Positions 25,582 to 36,415 of a stretch of 46,125 nt of DNA are shown here, piece after piece (the stretch's first letter is position 1; each line of letters begins with the position of its first letter). A program made the translations under genes and the position numbers. This stretch comes from Escherichia coli (GTDB lineage Bacteria > Pseudomonadota > Gammaproteobacteria > Enterobacterales > Enterobacteriaceae), in the NCBI RefSeq assembly GCF_965641715.1, contig NZ_OZ282456.1; one strand, given 5' to 3'. A model generated the notes under the pieces. The model made no database searches and was not told the origin of the DNA. It saw only the letters and a list, made by a program, of their open reading frames with translations.

Positions 25582-27152
25582 ATATTCTTGATCGAGTTAT
25601 TGCGCCGTTTTCACCTCAGAGGGCATTAAATCGAGCTTTGGCAAGAAAACGGTTAGAAGCACTTGAAGGTATTAATAACCTTGGATATTCACGTCATGGT
25701 GCAAGCACTCATAAAAAATCATTAAGGGGTTGGTTTAGTAAAGCTGGTTCTCCTGATGATGATATTGTTAAAAATATAGATAAATTGCGTGAGCGTTCTC
25801 GTGATCTCTTCATGGGAAACCCGCTATCGGTTGGCGCAATAAAAACTATCAGGACAAACGTTGTTGGTTCCGGTTTAAAACTAAATGCGAACATTGATGC
25901 CGATTTCTTGGGGATGACGCAGGAAGAAGCGCGAGCATGGGAAAAGCATGTTGAGCGTGAGTTTAGATTATGGGCTGATTCTCCAAATTGTGATGCATCA
26001 AGAATGTGTACTTTTGGACAATTGCAATCATTGGTCCAAATATCTGCGTTAACATCTGGCGATATATTTGCTGCGCTACCAGTTATTAAGCGTAAGGGTG
26101 TTATATATGATTTGTGCGTCTATTTAATTGAAGGTGATCGTGTTTGCAATCCAGAGGATCGTTTTATACCAAATCTTTACGGTGGCGTAGAGGTTGGTGA
26201 ATTTAGCGAGCCTGTGGCGTACTGGGTTGCAAAACATCACCCAGCCGGGACTTCTGGTTTTGTAACCCGCAAGTGGGAACGTATTCCCGCATATGGGAGT
26301 AAAACAGGAAGAAGAAATATTCTGCATGTCATGCAGGATTTTGAAAGGCCTGGGCAACGCCGTGGCGTTCCTGTCCTTGCTCCTGTTATTGAAGCATTGA
26401 AGCAGTTAGGACGATACACCGATGCTGAATTGGTTGCTGCGGTTGTGTCAGGGATGTTTACTGTCTTTATTAAAACAGACGCTCCTGATGGACCAGTCGG
26501 TGAATCGGGTATCCCTCAGTACGAGCAGATCGATAACCATGATGATAACACCCAAGAAATGGGGAATGGCTCCATAGTAAGTTTGGGTGAAGGTGAGTCG
26601 ATAGATACAGCAAATCCCGGGCGACCAAATACGGCATTTGATGGTTTTGTTGTCGCCATATGCCGTCAAATTGGGGCTGCTTTAGAACTCCCTTACGAAC
26701 TCTTGGTAAAGCATTTTACAGCAAGTTATAGCGCAAGCAGGGCCGCATTACTTGAAGCCTGGAAAATGTTCCGTATGCGACGTGACTGGATGGTTCAGTC
26801 ATTTTGCCAACCGATCTATGAGGAATGGTTGGCCGAAGCCGTTGCTAAAGGTCGTGTTATTGCCCCTGGTTTTTTTTATGGGCCTGAATATCGCGCTGCA
26901 TGGAGTGGCGCTCAATGGTATGGCCCATCACAAGGCCAATTAGATCCCCTTAAAGAAGTCAAAGCTGCAAAACTGCGTGTTGAGGAAACATTCTCTACCC
27001 GTGAAAAGGAAGCGGCTGAAATGTCAGGTCTTAACTGGGAAGAAACCGCACAAATTTGTGGCAGAGAAGAGAATGCTCGCCGTGAGTTGGGGCTGATTAC
27101 GCCTCCTGTTTCTGAGGTAAATGAACAAAATATGGAGACAGATGATGCCTAA
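25578..27152 (+). CDS. Portal protein (lambda gpB-like)
   Basis: 524 aa, position after gpW-like gene; size and order of lambda-family portal. Confidence 0.8.
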   Translation: MNILDRVIAPFSPQRALNRALARKRLEALEGINNLGYSRHGASTHKKSLRGWFSKAGSPDDDIVKNIDKLRERSRDLFMGNPLSVGAIKTIRTNVVGSGLKLNANIDADFLGMTQEEARAWEKHVEREFRLWADSPNCDASRMCTFGQLQSLVQISALTSGDIFAALPVIKRKGVIYDLCVYLIEGDRVCNPEDRFIPNLYGGVEVGEFSEPVAYWVAKHHPAGTSGFVTRKWERIPAYGSKTGRRNILHVMQDFERPGQRRGVPVLAPVIEALKQLGRYTDAELVAAVVSGMFTVFIKTDAPDGPVGESGIPQYEQIDNHDDNTQEMGNGSIVSLGEGESIDTANPGRPNTAFDGFVVAICRQIGAALELPYELLVKHFTASYSASRAALLEAWKMFRMRRDWMVQSFCQPIYEEWLAEAVAKGRVIAPGFFYGPEYRAAWSGAQWYGPSQGQLDPLKEVKAAKLRVEETFSTREKEAAEMSGLNWEETAQICGREENARRELGLITPPVSEVNEQNMETDDA

Positions 27153-28209
27153 TTGGTGGGAAATAAAAAATAGCACGGGTGAAGATGACTCTCCGGCTGA
27201 ACTTTTAATCTACGGATATATTGGCGAATTTGATGAGGTTTCTTCTTCTGACATAGTTAATAAATTAAAGGATATATCATCAAATGCTATCAACGTAAAA
27301 ATTAATAGTTATGGTGGTTCTGTTTTTACTGCTCAAGCTATTCTTTCTTCATTAAAACGTCATAAGGCTAATATTACTGTTTATATTGATGGTATTGCTG
27401 CATCGGCTGCAACCATTATTGCAATGGCAGGTGATAAAGTTGTTATCCCATCTAATGCTATGATGATGATCCATAATCCGTGGACATTTGCTGCTGGTGA
27501 TGCGGATGAACTACGTGATATTGCTGAGATGATGGATAAGATACGAGATAGTATTTTATCTGCATATAAGGAGAAAACAGGGCTTTCTGAGGATAAATTA
27601 ATTGAACTAATGGATCAGGAAACATGGCTAAATGCAGAAGAGGCTGTAGAGCTTGGATTTGCTGACGAAGTTGAAAAACCAATGCGCTTATCCGCTTCTA
27701 TAAAGGAAGGGATGCTTTCGCTCAATGGAATAACTTTTGAAGCATCAAGGTTTTCAAAATTACCTGATTCTCTCGCAAAGTTGCCACAAAATAAAAATGA
27801 ATTATCTACTGAATTAAATGAACAAAATGAGGACGATGTTGTGACTCTTGATGAATTAAAAAATAAACATCCAGAATTATACAATCAGGTTTTTAATGCT
27901 GGTAAAGACGAGGGCGTTAAATCAGAACGCGAGCGCATTGAAACAATCGAGAATAGCGTGATTCCAGGTCATGACGACCTGGTTAAGAATGCAAAATTCA
28001 AAACGGGAGTTTCTGCGGCTGAACTTGCTTTGGAAATTATGAATGCAGAGCGAGCGCGTAACAAAAACTTTCTTAATCAACGGCAAGAAGACGCAAATGA
28101 GGTGAATGATTCAGTTGATGTTAATCAACCAGAAAACAACGGCGATAAACAAGCTGAAGTAGTAAAAAATGTTATTGGGTCAGTATTTAAAAACCGCGAT
28201 AAAAATTAA
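27121..28209 (+). CDS. Prohead protease/scaffold (ClpP/S49-like, gpC-like)
   Basis: N-terminal ClpP-like segment (INSYGGSVFTAQAI) followed by acidic scaffold-like C-terminus. Confidence 0.7.
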   Translation: MNKIWRQMMPNWWEIKNSTGEDDSPAELLIYGYIGEFDEVSSSDIVNKLKDISSNAINVKINSYGGSVFTAQAILSSLKRHKANITVYIDGIAASAATIIAMAGDKVVIPSNAMMMIHNPWTFAAGDADELRDIAEMMDKIRDSILSAYKEKTGLSEDKLIELMDQETWLNAEEAVELGFADEVEKPMRLSASIKEGMLSLNGITFEASRFSKLPDSLAKLPQNKNELSTELNEQNEDDVVTLDELKNKHPELYNQVFNAGKDEGVKSERERIETIENSVIPGHDDLVKNAKFKTGVSAAELALEIMNAERARNKNFLNQRQEDANEVNDSVDVNQPENNGDKQAEVVKNVIGSVFKNRDKN

Positions 28210-28218
28210 GGTGAGTTT

Positions 28219-28602
28219 ATGCGAGAGTCTTTTTCATTTGAACCAGATAATCTGATTATTTCTGGTGGTATGCCAGCAATTACAACAAGTATTAAACTTG
28301 CCAGCGGTAAAGTAAATCGAGGTGAGTTGCTTGCTTTTGTCAGTATTGATCAGACAACAAATGTTGTCACTGTAGCACCAATAAATCTCTCTGGTGAGGG
28401 GGTGGCAAAAGAACCGTATTGTATCGCTCAACACAGTATTGATGCGACTGATTCAGCGCAAGTTGGAACAGCATGGCTGACCGGAATGTTCAATGCACAT
28501 GCGGTTATCCTTCCTGAATCAGCAAAGATTGCCGATGTATATCTGGCTTGCCGGAAGGTTGGGATATTCCTTAACACCGCACAACAAAATCCATCTGCAT
28601 AA
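28219..28602 (+). CDS. Head decoration protein (gpD-like)
   Basis: 127 aa, between protease and major capsid gene as in lambda. Confidence 0.6.
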   Translation: MRESFSFEPDNLIISGGMPAITTSIKLASGKVNRGELLAFVSIDQTTNVVTVAPINLSGEGVAKEPYCIAQHSIDATDSAQVGTAWLTGMFNAHAVILPESAKIADVYLACRKVGIFLNTAQQNPSA

Positions 28603-28622
28603 TATAAAGAGGTCGTATTTTT

Positions 28623-29666
28623 ATGCCGAATATTGATATTTTTGAACGACGTACAATGCTTGAGCCTGTTATTCAGAATTTCAAGGCTCGTCGTTTTCTT
28701 CTTCGTACCTTTTTTCCTGGTGTTCAGACCTTTAATACAAAGAAAGTTGATCTGGATTTTGTTCGCGGTGGCCGTACTATGGCTCCGTTTGTTGGTAAAG
28801 GTTTTGGCTCAAAAACCGTTGAGCGACGCGGCTTTGTAACGAGAACTCTGGAGCCACCACTTGTTGCACCTGATTTGGTAACAACAGCAGAGCTGCTTTT
28901 AAACAGGCTTCCGGGTGAGAATATTTACAACGCAAAATCGCCAGCAGAACGAGCCGCCGAGCAATTAGGTAAAGATTTGCTTGAGCTTGATGAAATGGTT
29001 AACCGCCGTGAAGAATGGATGTGTGCACAAGTCTTGTTTACGGGGCAGGTTGATATTGTTGGTGAAGGTGTGGATGACACAGTTTATTTTTGGCCTGAAG
29101 AGGAAGGAGATAAACCATATCTTGAACTGACAGGTGATGATTTATGGAGTGCTGCAAAATCAGATCCGTTGGTCAATGTTCGCAACTGGAAACGTCGGGT
29201 ATCACTAACTTCAGGTTTTACACCTCGTGTTGCCGTAATGGGCGCAAAAGTTGTTGATGCTTTCGTTAAAAATGAAGCAGTAACTAAATATCTTGATAAT
29301 CGCCGAAAAGAGCTTGGGTATATTGAGCCTAAGGAGTTAGAAGAAGGCGTAACTCATTATGGCAATCTTGAAGGTGTCGATTTTTATGGTTACGACGAAC
29401 TTATTCGCAATGATAAAACAGGAAAACCAGAACCATTAGTACCGGAAGATAAGATCCTCTTTGGCTCTCCTGGTCGAGGAACGATGCTGTATGGTGCTGT
29501 AGAGCTTGTAGATGACGCCGAAAAGACTCTAACGATTGTTGAGTCACCACGAGTTCCAGACACCTGGGTAACTCGTAAGCCGGCTGGCCGTTATGTTGCC
29601 ATGAAGTCATCTCCACTGCCTAATCCTGGTGTGGCTGATGCCTATCTGGTGGCTAAGGTGGTTTAA
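28623..29666 (+). CDS. Major capsid protein (lambda gpE-like)
   Basis: 347 aa; position and size of E-family capsid protein. Confidence 0.8.
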   Translation: MPNIDIFERRTMLEPVIQNFKARRFLLRTFFPGVQTFNTKKVDLDFVRGGRTMAPFVGKGFGSKTVERRGFVTRTLEPPLVAPDLVTTAELLLNRLPGENIYNAKSPAERAAEQLGKDLLELDEMVNRREEWMCAQVLFTGQVDIVGEGVDDTVYFWPEEEGDKPYLELTGDDLWSAAKSDPLVNVRNWKRRVSLTSGFTPRVAVMGAKVVDAFVKNEAVTKYLDNRRKELGYIEPKELEEGVTHYGNLEGVDFYGYDELIRNDKTGKPEPLVPEDKILFGSPGRGTMLYGAVELVDDAEKTLTIVESPRVPDTWVTRKPAGRYVAMKSSPLPNPGVADAYLVAKVV

Positions 29667-30059
29667 ATGGCCAGACTGATTAAAAACATTGATACGATAA
29701 GCCACGGCTCGCTAAAAGCGGGCCGTTTGCTTAATGGGCTAATGGATAACTCCAGAATTGCCGAACTGATTGCGTCAGGACATGCTATTGCCACCGAAGA
29801 GGATGGTGATTTGGCATCGGCCGGGGGCTATGATGCTGCTAAGTTAGCTTTTGAGCATGGATACGCATCTGCTGTTAATGATGCTGTGGACGCGGGGTTG
29901 ATTACGCGAACGGAGGCGGGTAGCTGTGTATTCGAGGTTGAGTTTGAGGATGATGGCGGCAATGAGGAAACGGTTGCTGATGATTCATCTGAATCTGTAG
30001 CTACTTCTGATACCAGTAATGCGAAAAAATCAACGCAAAAAAAAGGTAATAAGAAGTAA
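29667..30059 (+). CDS. Hypothetical head/connector-region protein
   Basis: 130-aa ORF with acidic C-terminus, in head completion region. Confidence 0.35.
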   Translation: MARLIKNIDTISHGSLKAGRLLNGLMDNSRIAELIASGHAIATEEDGDLASAGGYDAAKLAFEHGYASAVNDAVDAGLITRTEAGSCVFEVEFEDDGGNEETVADDSSESVATSDTSNAKKSTQKKGNKK

Positions 30060-30403
30060 TGAACTCCTTCAAAGAGGTTATAGCGCAAGATATTTCTGCA
30101 ATATTCCTCAATGAAAAAGAGTTTGCCGATACATATAACATAGACGGCAAGGATATCCTTGCCGTTATTGATACAGACCTTATTCATGAGCGGAATAAAC
30201 GCTCATATGCTGAGTTTGCAGAGGGAATAAATCAGGGGCAAATAATATTATTTGTTTCAAGAAAAGATTTTCCTGTTCTCCCTGTCAAAGACCAGTCAAT
30301 GAAAATCAACGGTAAAAATTATATTGTTGATGAAGTATCAGATAATGTTGGTGTATTGGAAATAACTCTCACTGTTAATACTAACAGAGGAATGCCGATT
30401 TGA
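30059..30403 (+). CDS. Hypothetical head-tail connector-region protein
   Basis: 114-aa ORF with overlapping start and stop. Confidence 0.35.
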   Translation: MNSFKEVIAQDISAIFLNEKEFADTYNIDGKDILAVIDTDLIHERNKRSYAEFAEGINQGQIILFVSRKDFPVLPVKDQSMKINGKNYIVDEVSDNVGVLEITLTVNTNRGMPI

Positions 30404-30885
30404 TTAATCTTTTGATAGATGCAATAAAAAATCGGTTGGAACATGAGGTTTTCCATGATTTATTAGTGCAGGGGCCTCCTTATGATGAAACAGACAGCGA
30501 TATTAAATTGTTTGTTCCAACAATATTTAAAGGGTACTTGCCTCCTAAATCACAACCATCTCCAGATAAACCGCCAGAATTTCCTCATGTGATTATCAGG
30601 CCCACGGAAGGAGGAATGCAGCCTGAAACGGATGAAGTTAAGGTTAAGTTTCTTCTAGGTGGTTTTTGTGAGGACCATACTGGATATGAATGGGTAATGG
30701 CTCTTCTTGAAAGGATGATGTTTCATTTTCAGGAGAAGCCTTTACTTGAAGAGAAATTTCTCTTTCAGGGCGATATCAGATGGCGAATGTTTGATGATCA
30801 ACCGTATCCATATTGGATAACGGAAGCAACTGGAACGTGGCTAGTATTAAAGCCTCAGAATATTCAGTCTCAGGAGTTTATCTAA
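30400..30885 (+). CDS. Hypothetical tail-completion-region protein
   Basis: 161-aa ORF. Confidence 0.35.
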   Translation: MINLLIDAIKNRLEHEVFHDLLVQGPPYDETDSDIKLFVPTIFKGYLPPKSQPSPDKPPEFPHVIIRPTEGGMQPETDEVKVKFLLGGFCEDHTGYEWVMALLERMMFHFQEKPLLEEKFLFQGDIRWRMFDDQPYPYWITEATGTWLVLKPQNIQSQEFI

Positions 30886-31176
30886 ATGGCTAATAAGAAA
30901 AGTAGTAAAGAAGATATAGAAAAGAAGGAAGATGTTGCTCAAACATTTGTATATATAGGACCAACAATCCCTCAACTCTCAATTTTGAAGCATAAACTAT
31001 TTAAGAATGGCTTATCTCCAGAGTGTAAAAAATTAATATCACATATTCCTGGTGCAAAGTGTTTGTTTGTGGCAACCAGTGATTTTGCAGATGCAGAGAA
31101 AAGACTTTCTGATAAAACCAGTGTCGAGTATGTAATGTACTCTAGAGTTTCTTCTTCTATCATGGAGATTAAATAA
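30886..31176 (+). CDS. Hypothetical protein
   Basis: 96-aa ORF immediately upstream of the sheath gene. Confidence 0.3.
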   Translation: MANKKSSKEDIEKKEDVAQTFVYIGPTIPQLSILKHKLFKNGLSPECKKLISHIPGAKCLFVATSDFADAEKRLSDKTSVEYVMYSRVSSSIMEIK

Positions 31177-32639
31177 TGGGATATCGCCACGGTATTTATA
31201 TATCTGAACTGGCTACATCTATAACTCCTCCAGTGCAAGTTAGTGCTGGGTTGATTGTCGCATTTGGTACGGCTCCTGTTAATCAGTTAGAAGATCCAGC
31301 CTCAGCGGTAAATAAACCTATCATTGCTTATACATACGCAGAGGCCGTATCTAAAATAGGATATAGCACAAACTTCGAGAAATATACTTTAAGCGAAGTA
31401 ATTAAAGTCGCATTTGGAATATATGGTGTTGCGCCAGTTGTATTTATCAATGTGCTTGATCCAGCAAAGCATAAGAAAGACGTTACTGATGAGTTAGTAA
31501 AACTTTCTGGCGGGAAAGGTACGCTCTCTAACGATGGTGTCTTATATAAATCTGTTGTTGTGAAAAAAGCAGATGGTGATTCACCTGGGTTAACGGTTGA
31601 TACCGATTATGTGCTGGCGCTGGATGATAATGGCTATACGGTCATTACAGCTATTAGCGGAGGAAAAATTACCGAAAAAGACGCTACTCTTAAGGTTAGT
31701 TATACGCATCTTGATCCCGGTGCCGTAACTAAAAATGACATTATCGGTGGTGTGGATTCCAACACTAAAGCCAATACAGGGCTTGAGTTACTGTCAGATG
31801 TGTATCCCCGCTTCAAGTTAGTTCCTGGACAAGTGATTGCACCTGGATTTAGTTCTGATAGTGAAGTTGGTCAGCTAATGGCGGCTAAAGCCGCGCTGAT
31901 TAGTGAATTGTTCAAAGCAGAAGCTATAACGGATGCGCCGACCGATAAATCTACTATCAGTGATTACTCGGCTGTTCCTGAATGGAAACAGAACAATAAT
32001 CACATGGCCGCTAACCAGACAGTGTGCTGGCCGATGGTGAAACTTGGTGACAATATTTACCATCACTCAACCCATTTAGCGGCCGCAACATGCTTGCTGG
32101 ATAGTCAGTATGGTGATATTCCATCACGTTCTCCGTCAAATATAAAACTACAGATGGACGGTGCTGTACGTAAAAATGGCAGTGAAGTATGGCTTAACAT
32201 TAGCCAGGCAAACTACTTAAATGGACAGGGGATTGTAACAAGCCTTAATTTTGATGGTTGGAAATCATGGGGAAACCGTAATGCTATTTATCCAACATCT
32301 ACAGACCCCAAAGACGCATTTCGTGTTTGCCGACGTATGTTTAACTGGGTGGGTAATACGTTAATTCTTTCGCATTGGTCAAAAATAGACAATCCTGCAA
32401 ACCGTCGATTAATTGAATCGATTGTTACAAGTGCGAATATTTGGCTTAACGGCCTCACAGGTAATCAGGATATTGCAGGTGGTGTTGTTACCTTTGATCA
32501 GTCTGAAAACACGATTACGTCATTAATGGACGGGATTGTTAAATTCCATGTAAAAATGACACCGTTCTCACCTGCCAGAGATATAGAGTTCGTCATGGAA
32601 TATAATCCTGATTATCTGCTGAACTTGTTTTCTGAATAA
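31176..32639 (+). CDS. Contractile tail sheath protein
   Basis: 487 aa, followed by tube gene; Mu/P2-like order. Confidence 0.8.
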   Translation: MGYRHGIYISELATSITPPVQVSAGLIVAFGTAPVNQLEDPASAVNKPIIAYTYAEAVSKIGYSTNFEKYTLSEVIKVAFGIYGVAPVVFINVLDPAKHKKDVTDELVKLSGGKGTLSNDGVLYKSVVVKKADGDSPGLTVDTDYVLALDDNGYTVITAISGGKITEKDATLKVSYTHLDPGAVTKNDIIGGVDSNTKANTGLELLSDVYPRFKLVPGQVIAPGFSSDSEVGQLMAAKAALISELFKAEAITDAPTDKSTISDYSAVPEWKQNNNHMAANQTVCWPMVKLGDNIYHHSTHLAAATCLLDSQYGDIPSRSPSNIKLQMDGAVRKNGSEVWLNISQANYLNGQGIVTSLNFDGWKSWGNRNAIYPTSTDPKDAFRVCRRMFNWVGNTLILSHWSKIDNPANRRLIESIVTSANIWLNGLTGNQDIAGGVVTFDQSENTITSLMDGIVKFHVKMTPFSPARDIEFVMEYNPDYLLNLFSE

Positions 32640-32655
32640 ATAATAGGAGGTTGCT

Positions 32656-33177
32656 TTGAGCAATCAAATTCCTGAGAGACTTATTAACTTTACAGTATAC
32701 GGTGAGGGAAACCGTATTATCGGTGTTGCTGACGCAAAGCTGCCATCAATTGAGATGATGACAGAAACTGTTAGTGGTGCAGGTATCGCTGGAGAGCTTG
32801 AGAGCGGAACGCTGGGGCATTTCAAACCAATGACTGTCTCTCTTAAATGGCGAACTCTGACCTCTGCTGGTACAAAATTATTTCTATCCTCATCTCATCA
32901 GGTAGATTTTCGCGGTAGCCAGCAGGTTTATGATGCAGGAACAGGAAAATATAAAACGGTTCCTATTCGGGCTTCAATGAAGCTAAACCCTAAAAAACTG
33001 GATTTAGGTTCGCTACAGGTGGCAAAGGCTACTGATTCAGAGAATGAATTTGAAGTTCTCTATATCAAATTATTTATTGATGGAAAAGAAGTCCTGGAAA
33101 TTGATAAGTTGAACTTTATTTGTATCTTTGATGGTGAAGATATATTAAAAAGCGTTCGTGATGATTTAGGTTTATAA
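32656..33177 (+). CDS. Tail tube protein
   Basis: 173 aa; TTG start with AGGAGG upstream; follows the sheath. Confidence 0.7.
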   Translation: MSNQIPERLINFTVYGEGNRIIGVADAKLPSIEMMTETVSGAGIAGELESGTLGHFKPMTVSLKWRTLTSAGTKLFLSSSHQVDFRGSQQVYDAGTGKYKTVPIRASMKLNPKKLDLGSLQVAKATDSENEFEVLYIKLFIDGKEVLEIDKLNFICIFDGEDILKSVRDDLGL

Positions 33178-33186
33178 GGTGACAAA

Positions 33187-33468
33187 ATGGAAACCGTTAA
33201 ATTAAGTAAAGAATATCGTTTTGAAGACTTTGAGCCGGTGACTGAACTCAACCTTGATTTAGACAACCTAAAAGGCAGTGATATTTTAGAGGTATCGGAC
33301 TTACTGCAATCTCAAGGGCATGTTTCAGTTCAGACATCACTTGATAATAAAGTCCATGCAGCCTTGGCTGCTCGCTGTATTGGTCGTCCAATAGAGTATC
33401 TGAATGGATTACCAGCGAAAGACTTTGTTAAAGTTTGTCAAAAGGTACAGAATTTTTTGCTCTCGTAG
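33187..33468 (+). CDS. Tail assembly chaperone
   Basis: Small ORF between tube and tape measure; 3' end overlaps a second frame. Confidence 0.5.
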   Translation: METVKLSKEYRFEDFEPVTELNLDLDNLKGSDILEVSDLLQSQGHVSVQTSLDNKVHAALAARCIGRPIEYLNGLPAKDFVKVCQKVQNFLLS

Positions 33469-33617
33469 GTTTTGATGAGCAAAAACCTATTGATAAGCAA
33501 ATAATGAGGGCCGCGAGTTCTCTATCTCAATCATCTCAATCAACACCTATATCCTACTGGCTTTCGCTTCGGTTGAGGCGAATCGTCGCATGGATTGACG
33601 TGTTTAATGAGGATTAA
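33435..33617 (+). CDS. Tail assembly chaperone frameshift extension (-1 frame; expected to be translated as a fusion from 33187)
   Basis: Overlapping -1 ORF; candidate slippery heptamer T_TTT_TTG at 33453-33459. Confidence 0.4.
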   Translation: MSKGTEFFALVGFDEQKPIDKQIMRAASSLSQSSQSTPISYWLSLRLRRIVAWIDVFNED

Positions 33618-33622
33618 TACTA

Positions 33623-36415
33623 ATGGCCAGCAATAAGAACTTTAAGCTGGCTTTTGAAATTGGCGGCAAAGTTGCCGCCTCTCTCCCCAAAAGTTTTACT
33701 ACAGCTAATCAGGCTGTTGCTAAATTAAATGCAGAGCTTGCTGGATTAACGAAAGAACATGGGGAAATTCAAAAGCTACAATCTGTAAAAGTAAAGGTTG
33801 GACAGACTGCCCTCGAATATCATAAAGCTGCTGCTCGCGTTGAAGAGTTACAGAAGCAAATAAAAAACACGGCCAATCCAACCAGAGCGATGCTTCGTGA
33901 CTTTGAGAAGGCAAAAACACATTCATCAAATTTACGAGCATCACTACGTTCTCAGCGTGAAGAACTGGCCGCTTTAAAGTCTGCGTATCAGGGAGCTGAT
34001 ACATCTGCCAGAGCTTTAGCCTCAAGAGAGAAAGAGCTTAAAGCAAGCATTGATCGTAATCGTGAGGCTCAGGCCCGTAGCGTTGAGCAGGTTAACCGCT
34101 ACAGAACGGCTTTGGCTTTAGCCAGAGCAAATGTTCAGCAAGTGAAAAAACAGCAGGAGGAACTTAACCGGGCATTAGAAAAACAACGTATTGATAAAAT
34201 TAACAGCTATAAAAATGCGTTGGCTGAAGCACGGAAAAATGTTCTTGCAGTAAAACGTGCTCAGGAGGAGTTAAACCGCGCGTTGGAAAGGCAGCGTGAA
34301 TTGAAGCGAGAGCATCTTGGTGAGGCAAAGAGTCAACTTGTAAGGTCAGGATTACAAACTGGTGCTGTAGCGGCTGGTGCATTTGCTGCTGCTAACAATG
34401 CAGCAAATTTCAATCGTGAAAACAAAATGATTGGTCTTACGGCAGATATGAAGCCGGAAGAAGTTCAGGCGATGGGGCAGGCGATGCTTGTTACTGGAAC
34501 GGCCACCAACCAGTTTGCATCTGATATTCAGGCCGCTCAGGGTTTTCTTGTCGCTGCTGGGCAGGATTATAAAGAGGCTCAGGCGAATCTACTAACTATT
34601 GGGCGAACAGCTACAGCTACTGGCTCTGATATCCTCGATGTCTCGAAAGCATCATTTACATTAAGTGACTCATTGAAGATTGATCCATCTCAAATGAAGT
34701 CTGCAATGGGGATTCTGGTTCAGGCAGGGAAAGAGGGAAACTTTGAATTTAAAGATATGGCCAAAAATCTTCCTGTGCTTGGTGCTCAGTTCCAGGCATT
34801 AAAAATGGGAGGTAAAGAAGCCGCCGCGACGATGGGGGCAGCTTTGCAGATAGCTCGCAAAGGTGCTGCAACTTCGGATGAGGCTGCTAATAATATGAAC
34901 AACTTTTTGGCGAAAATACTTTCCCCTGAAACACTAAAAAAAGCAAAGAAAAATTTCGGTGTAGATTTATATAAAATTGTCACAACAGCGCAGAAAAAAG
35001 GGAAGAATCCATTCGAAGCTGCAATGCATTCTGTCATGAAAATGACTAAGAACGGAGATCAGAAGTTACTTGGTGAGCTATTTGGCGATATGCAGGTTCA
35101 GAACTTTGTTCGTCCGATGATTCAAAACTGGAAGGAATACCAGAGAATCAAAGCAACATCTCTTGGGGCTGGAAGTGCTGTTATTGACCGCGATTTTGCC
35201 AACATAACGAAAGACAATGCGGAGCGATTGAAACAATTACGTATTCAGGCTAGCAATGCATCATTAAGTTTTGGTCAGGCCTTGCAACCAGCTTTGAATG
35301 CCGCGCTTAGTGTTTTGGTTCCGCTGATTACAAAAATTAGTGAATTTGTAGCTAACAACCCCAATTTTGTGTCTCAGATTGTGATGGCGGCAGGTGCGTT
35401 TCTAACCATGAAAAGTGTGGTTATAGCGTGTAGGGTAGCTATGCTGGCTTTATCTGTAGCGACAAAGCTAACACCCTTCGGGTGGATTCAGATGGCTATA
35501 TCTGCGCTGGTTGCCGCAGGAATATTGCTCTATCAGAACTGGGATAAGATCAGAGATTATGCTGTCAGAGTTTGGCCTTCTGTTAAGGAATATACAGTTA
35601 AATCATTTGAGGCTATAAAAAACTTTATCTTAAACTTTGACCTCAATGGATGGATTATATCTATGTTTGGTAAAGCATGGGATTATCTTTCCAACATAAA
35701 CTGGAGTTCGGCAGGAGTAAGAATTTACAGTACATTAATTAGTGCTTTTAAATGGATGTCTCCGCTTCCGTTCTTAATTAAAGCATTTAAACTTACAACA
35801 AATTACCTTTCTGGCATTAACTGGAGCGAAACAGGAAAGAAAATCATAGATACACTGGTATCTGTTTTTATGCGTTTTTCACCCGTTGGACTCTTTATAA
35901 GAGCATTTCAATCTGTAACAGCTTATTTGTCTGGAATAAACTGGAGTGAGTCAGGCGCAAAAATAATTGAGACGTTAATCACAGGGATAAAATCAAAAGC
36001 AAATGCTCTAATCAATGAGGTGAAAGGCGTTTTTTCTTCTGTTCGTGAGTATTTACCGTTCTCTGATGCGAAAAAAGGTCCATTCTCACAGCTAACAAAG
36101 TCAGGTGGTGCAATAATGACTACTCTGGCATCTGGTGTTAGCAGAAATAACAGCTTACAGAATGCAATCGCAACCCAGTTCGGGCAATCAAATTTATCAC
36201 CTCACGGGATCTCTGCTGCCGGGAGTTCTGGACTTCGCCAGAACGTTAACGCTGTGACTGGTGGAATAACCTATTCACCTGTAATCAATCTTCCGGCTGG
36301 TTCACCAAAGGAAACTGAGGCGGCAGCTAAAAGAGCATTAGATGCGGGATATTCTGATTTTGAGAAGAAATTGAGTGCTCATATGTTCCAACAACGGAGA
36401 TTAAGTTTTGGATGA
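33623..36415 (+). CDS. Tail tape measure protein
   Basis: 930 aa; coiled-coil N-terminal half, hydrophobic central segments, internal repeats (GINWSE x3). Confidence 0.85.
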   Translation: MASNKNFKLAFEIGGKVAASLPKSFTTANQAVAKLNAELAGLTKEHGEIQKLQSVKVKVGQTALEYHKAAARVEELQKQIKNTANPTRAMLRDFEKAKTHSSNLRASLRSQREELAALKSAYQGADTSARALASREKELKASIDRNREAQARSVEQVNRYRTALALARANVQQVKKQQEELNRALEKQRIDKINSYKNALAEARKNVLAVKRAQEELNRALERQRELKREHLGEAKSQLVRSGLQTGAVAAGAFAAANNAANFNRENKMIGLTADMKPEEVQAMGQAMLVTGTATNQFASDIQAAQGFLVAAGQDYKEAQANLLTIGRTATATGSDILDVSKASFTLSDSLKIDPSQMKSAMGILVQAGKEGNFEFKDMAKNLPVLGAQFQALKMGGKEAAATMGAALQIARKGAATSDEAANNMNNFLAKILSPETLKKAKKNFGVDLYKIVTTAQKKGKNPFEAAMHSVMKMTKNGDQKLLGELFGDMQVQNFVRPMIQNWKEYQRIKATSLGAGSAVIDRDFANITKDNAERLKQLRIQASNASLSFGQALQPALNAALSVLVPLITKISEFVANNPNFVSQIVMAAGAFLTMKSVVIACRVAMLALSVATKLTPFGWIQMAISALVAAGILLYQNWDKIRDYAVRVWPSVKEYTVKSFEAIKNFILNFDLNGWIISMFGKAWDYLSNINWSSAGVRIYSTLISAFKWMSPLPFLIKAFKLTTNYLSGINWSETGKKIIDTLVSVFMRFSPVGLFIRAFQSVTAYLSGINWSESGAKIIETLITGIKSKANALINEVKGVFSSVREYLPFSDAKKGPFSQLTKSGGAIMTTLASGVSRNNSLQNAIATQFGQSNLSPHGISAAGSSGLRQNVNAVTGGITYSPVINLPAGSPKETEAAAKRALDAGYSDFEKKLSAHMFQQRRLSFG

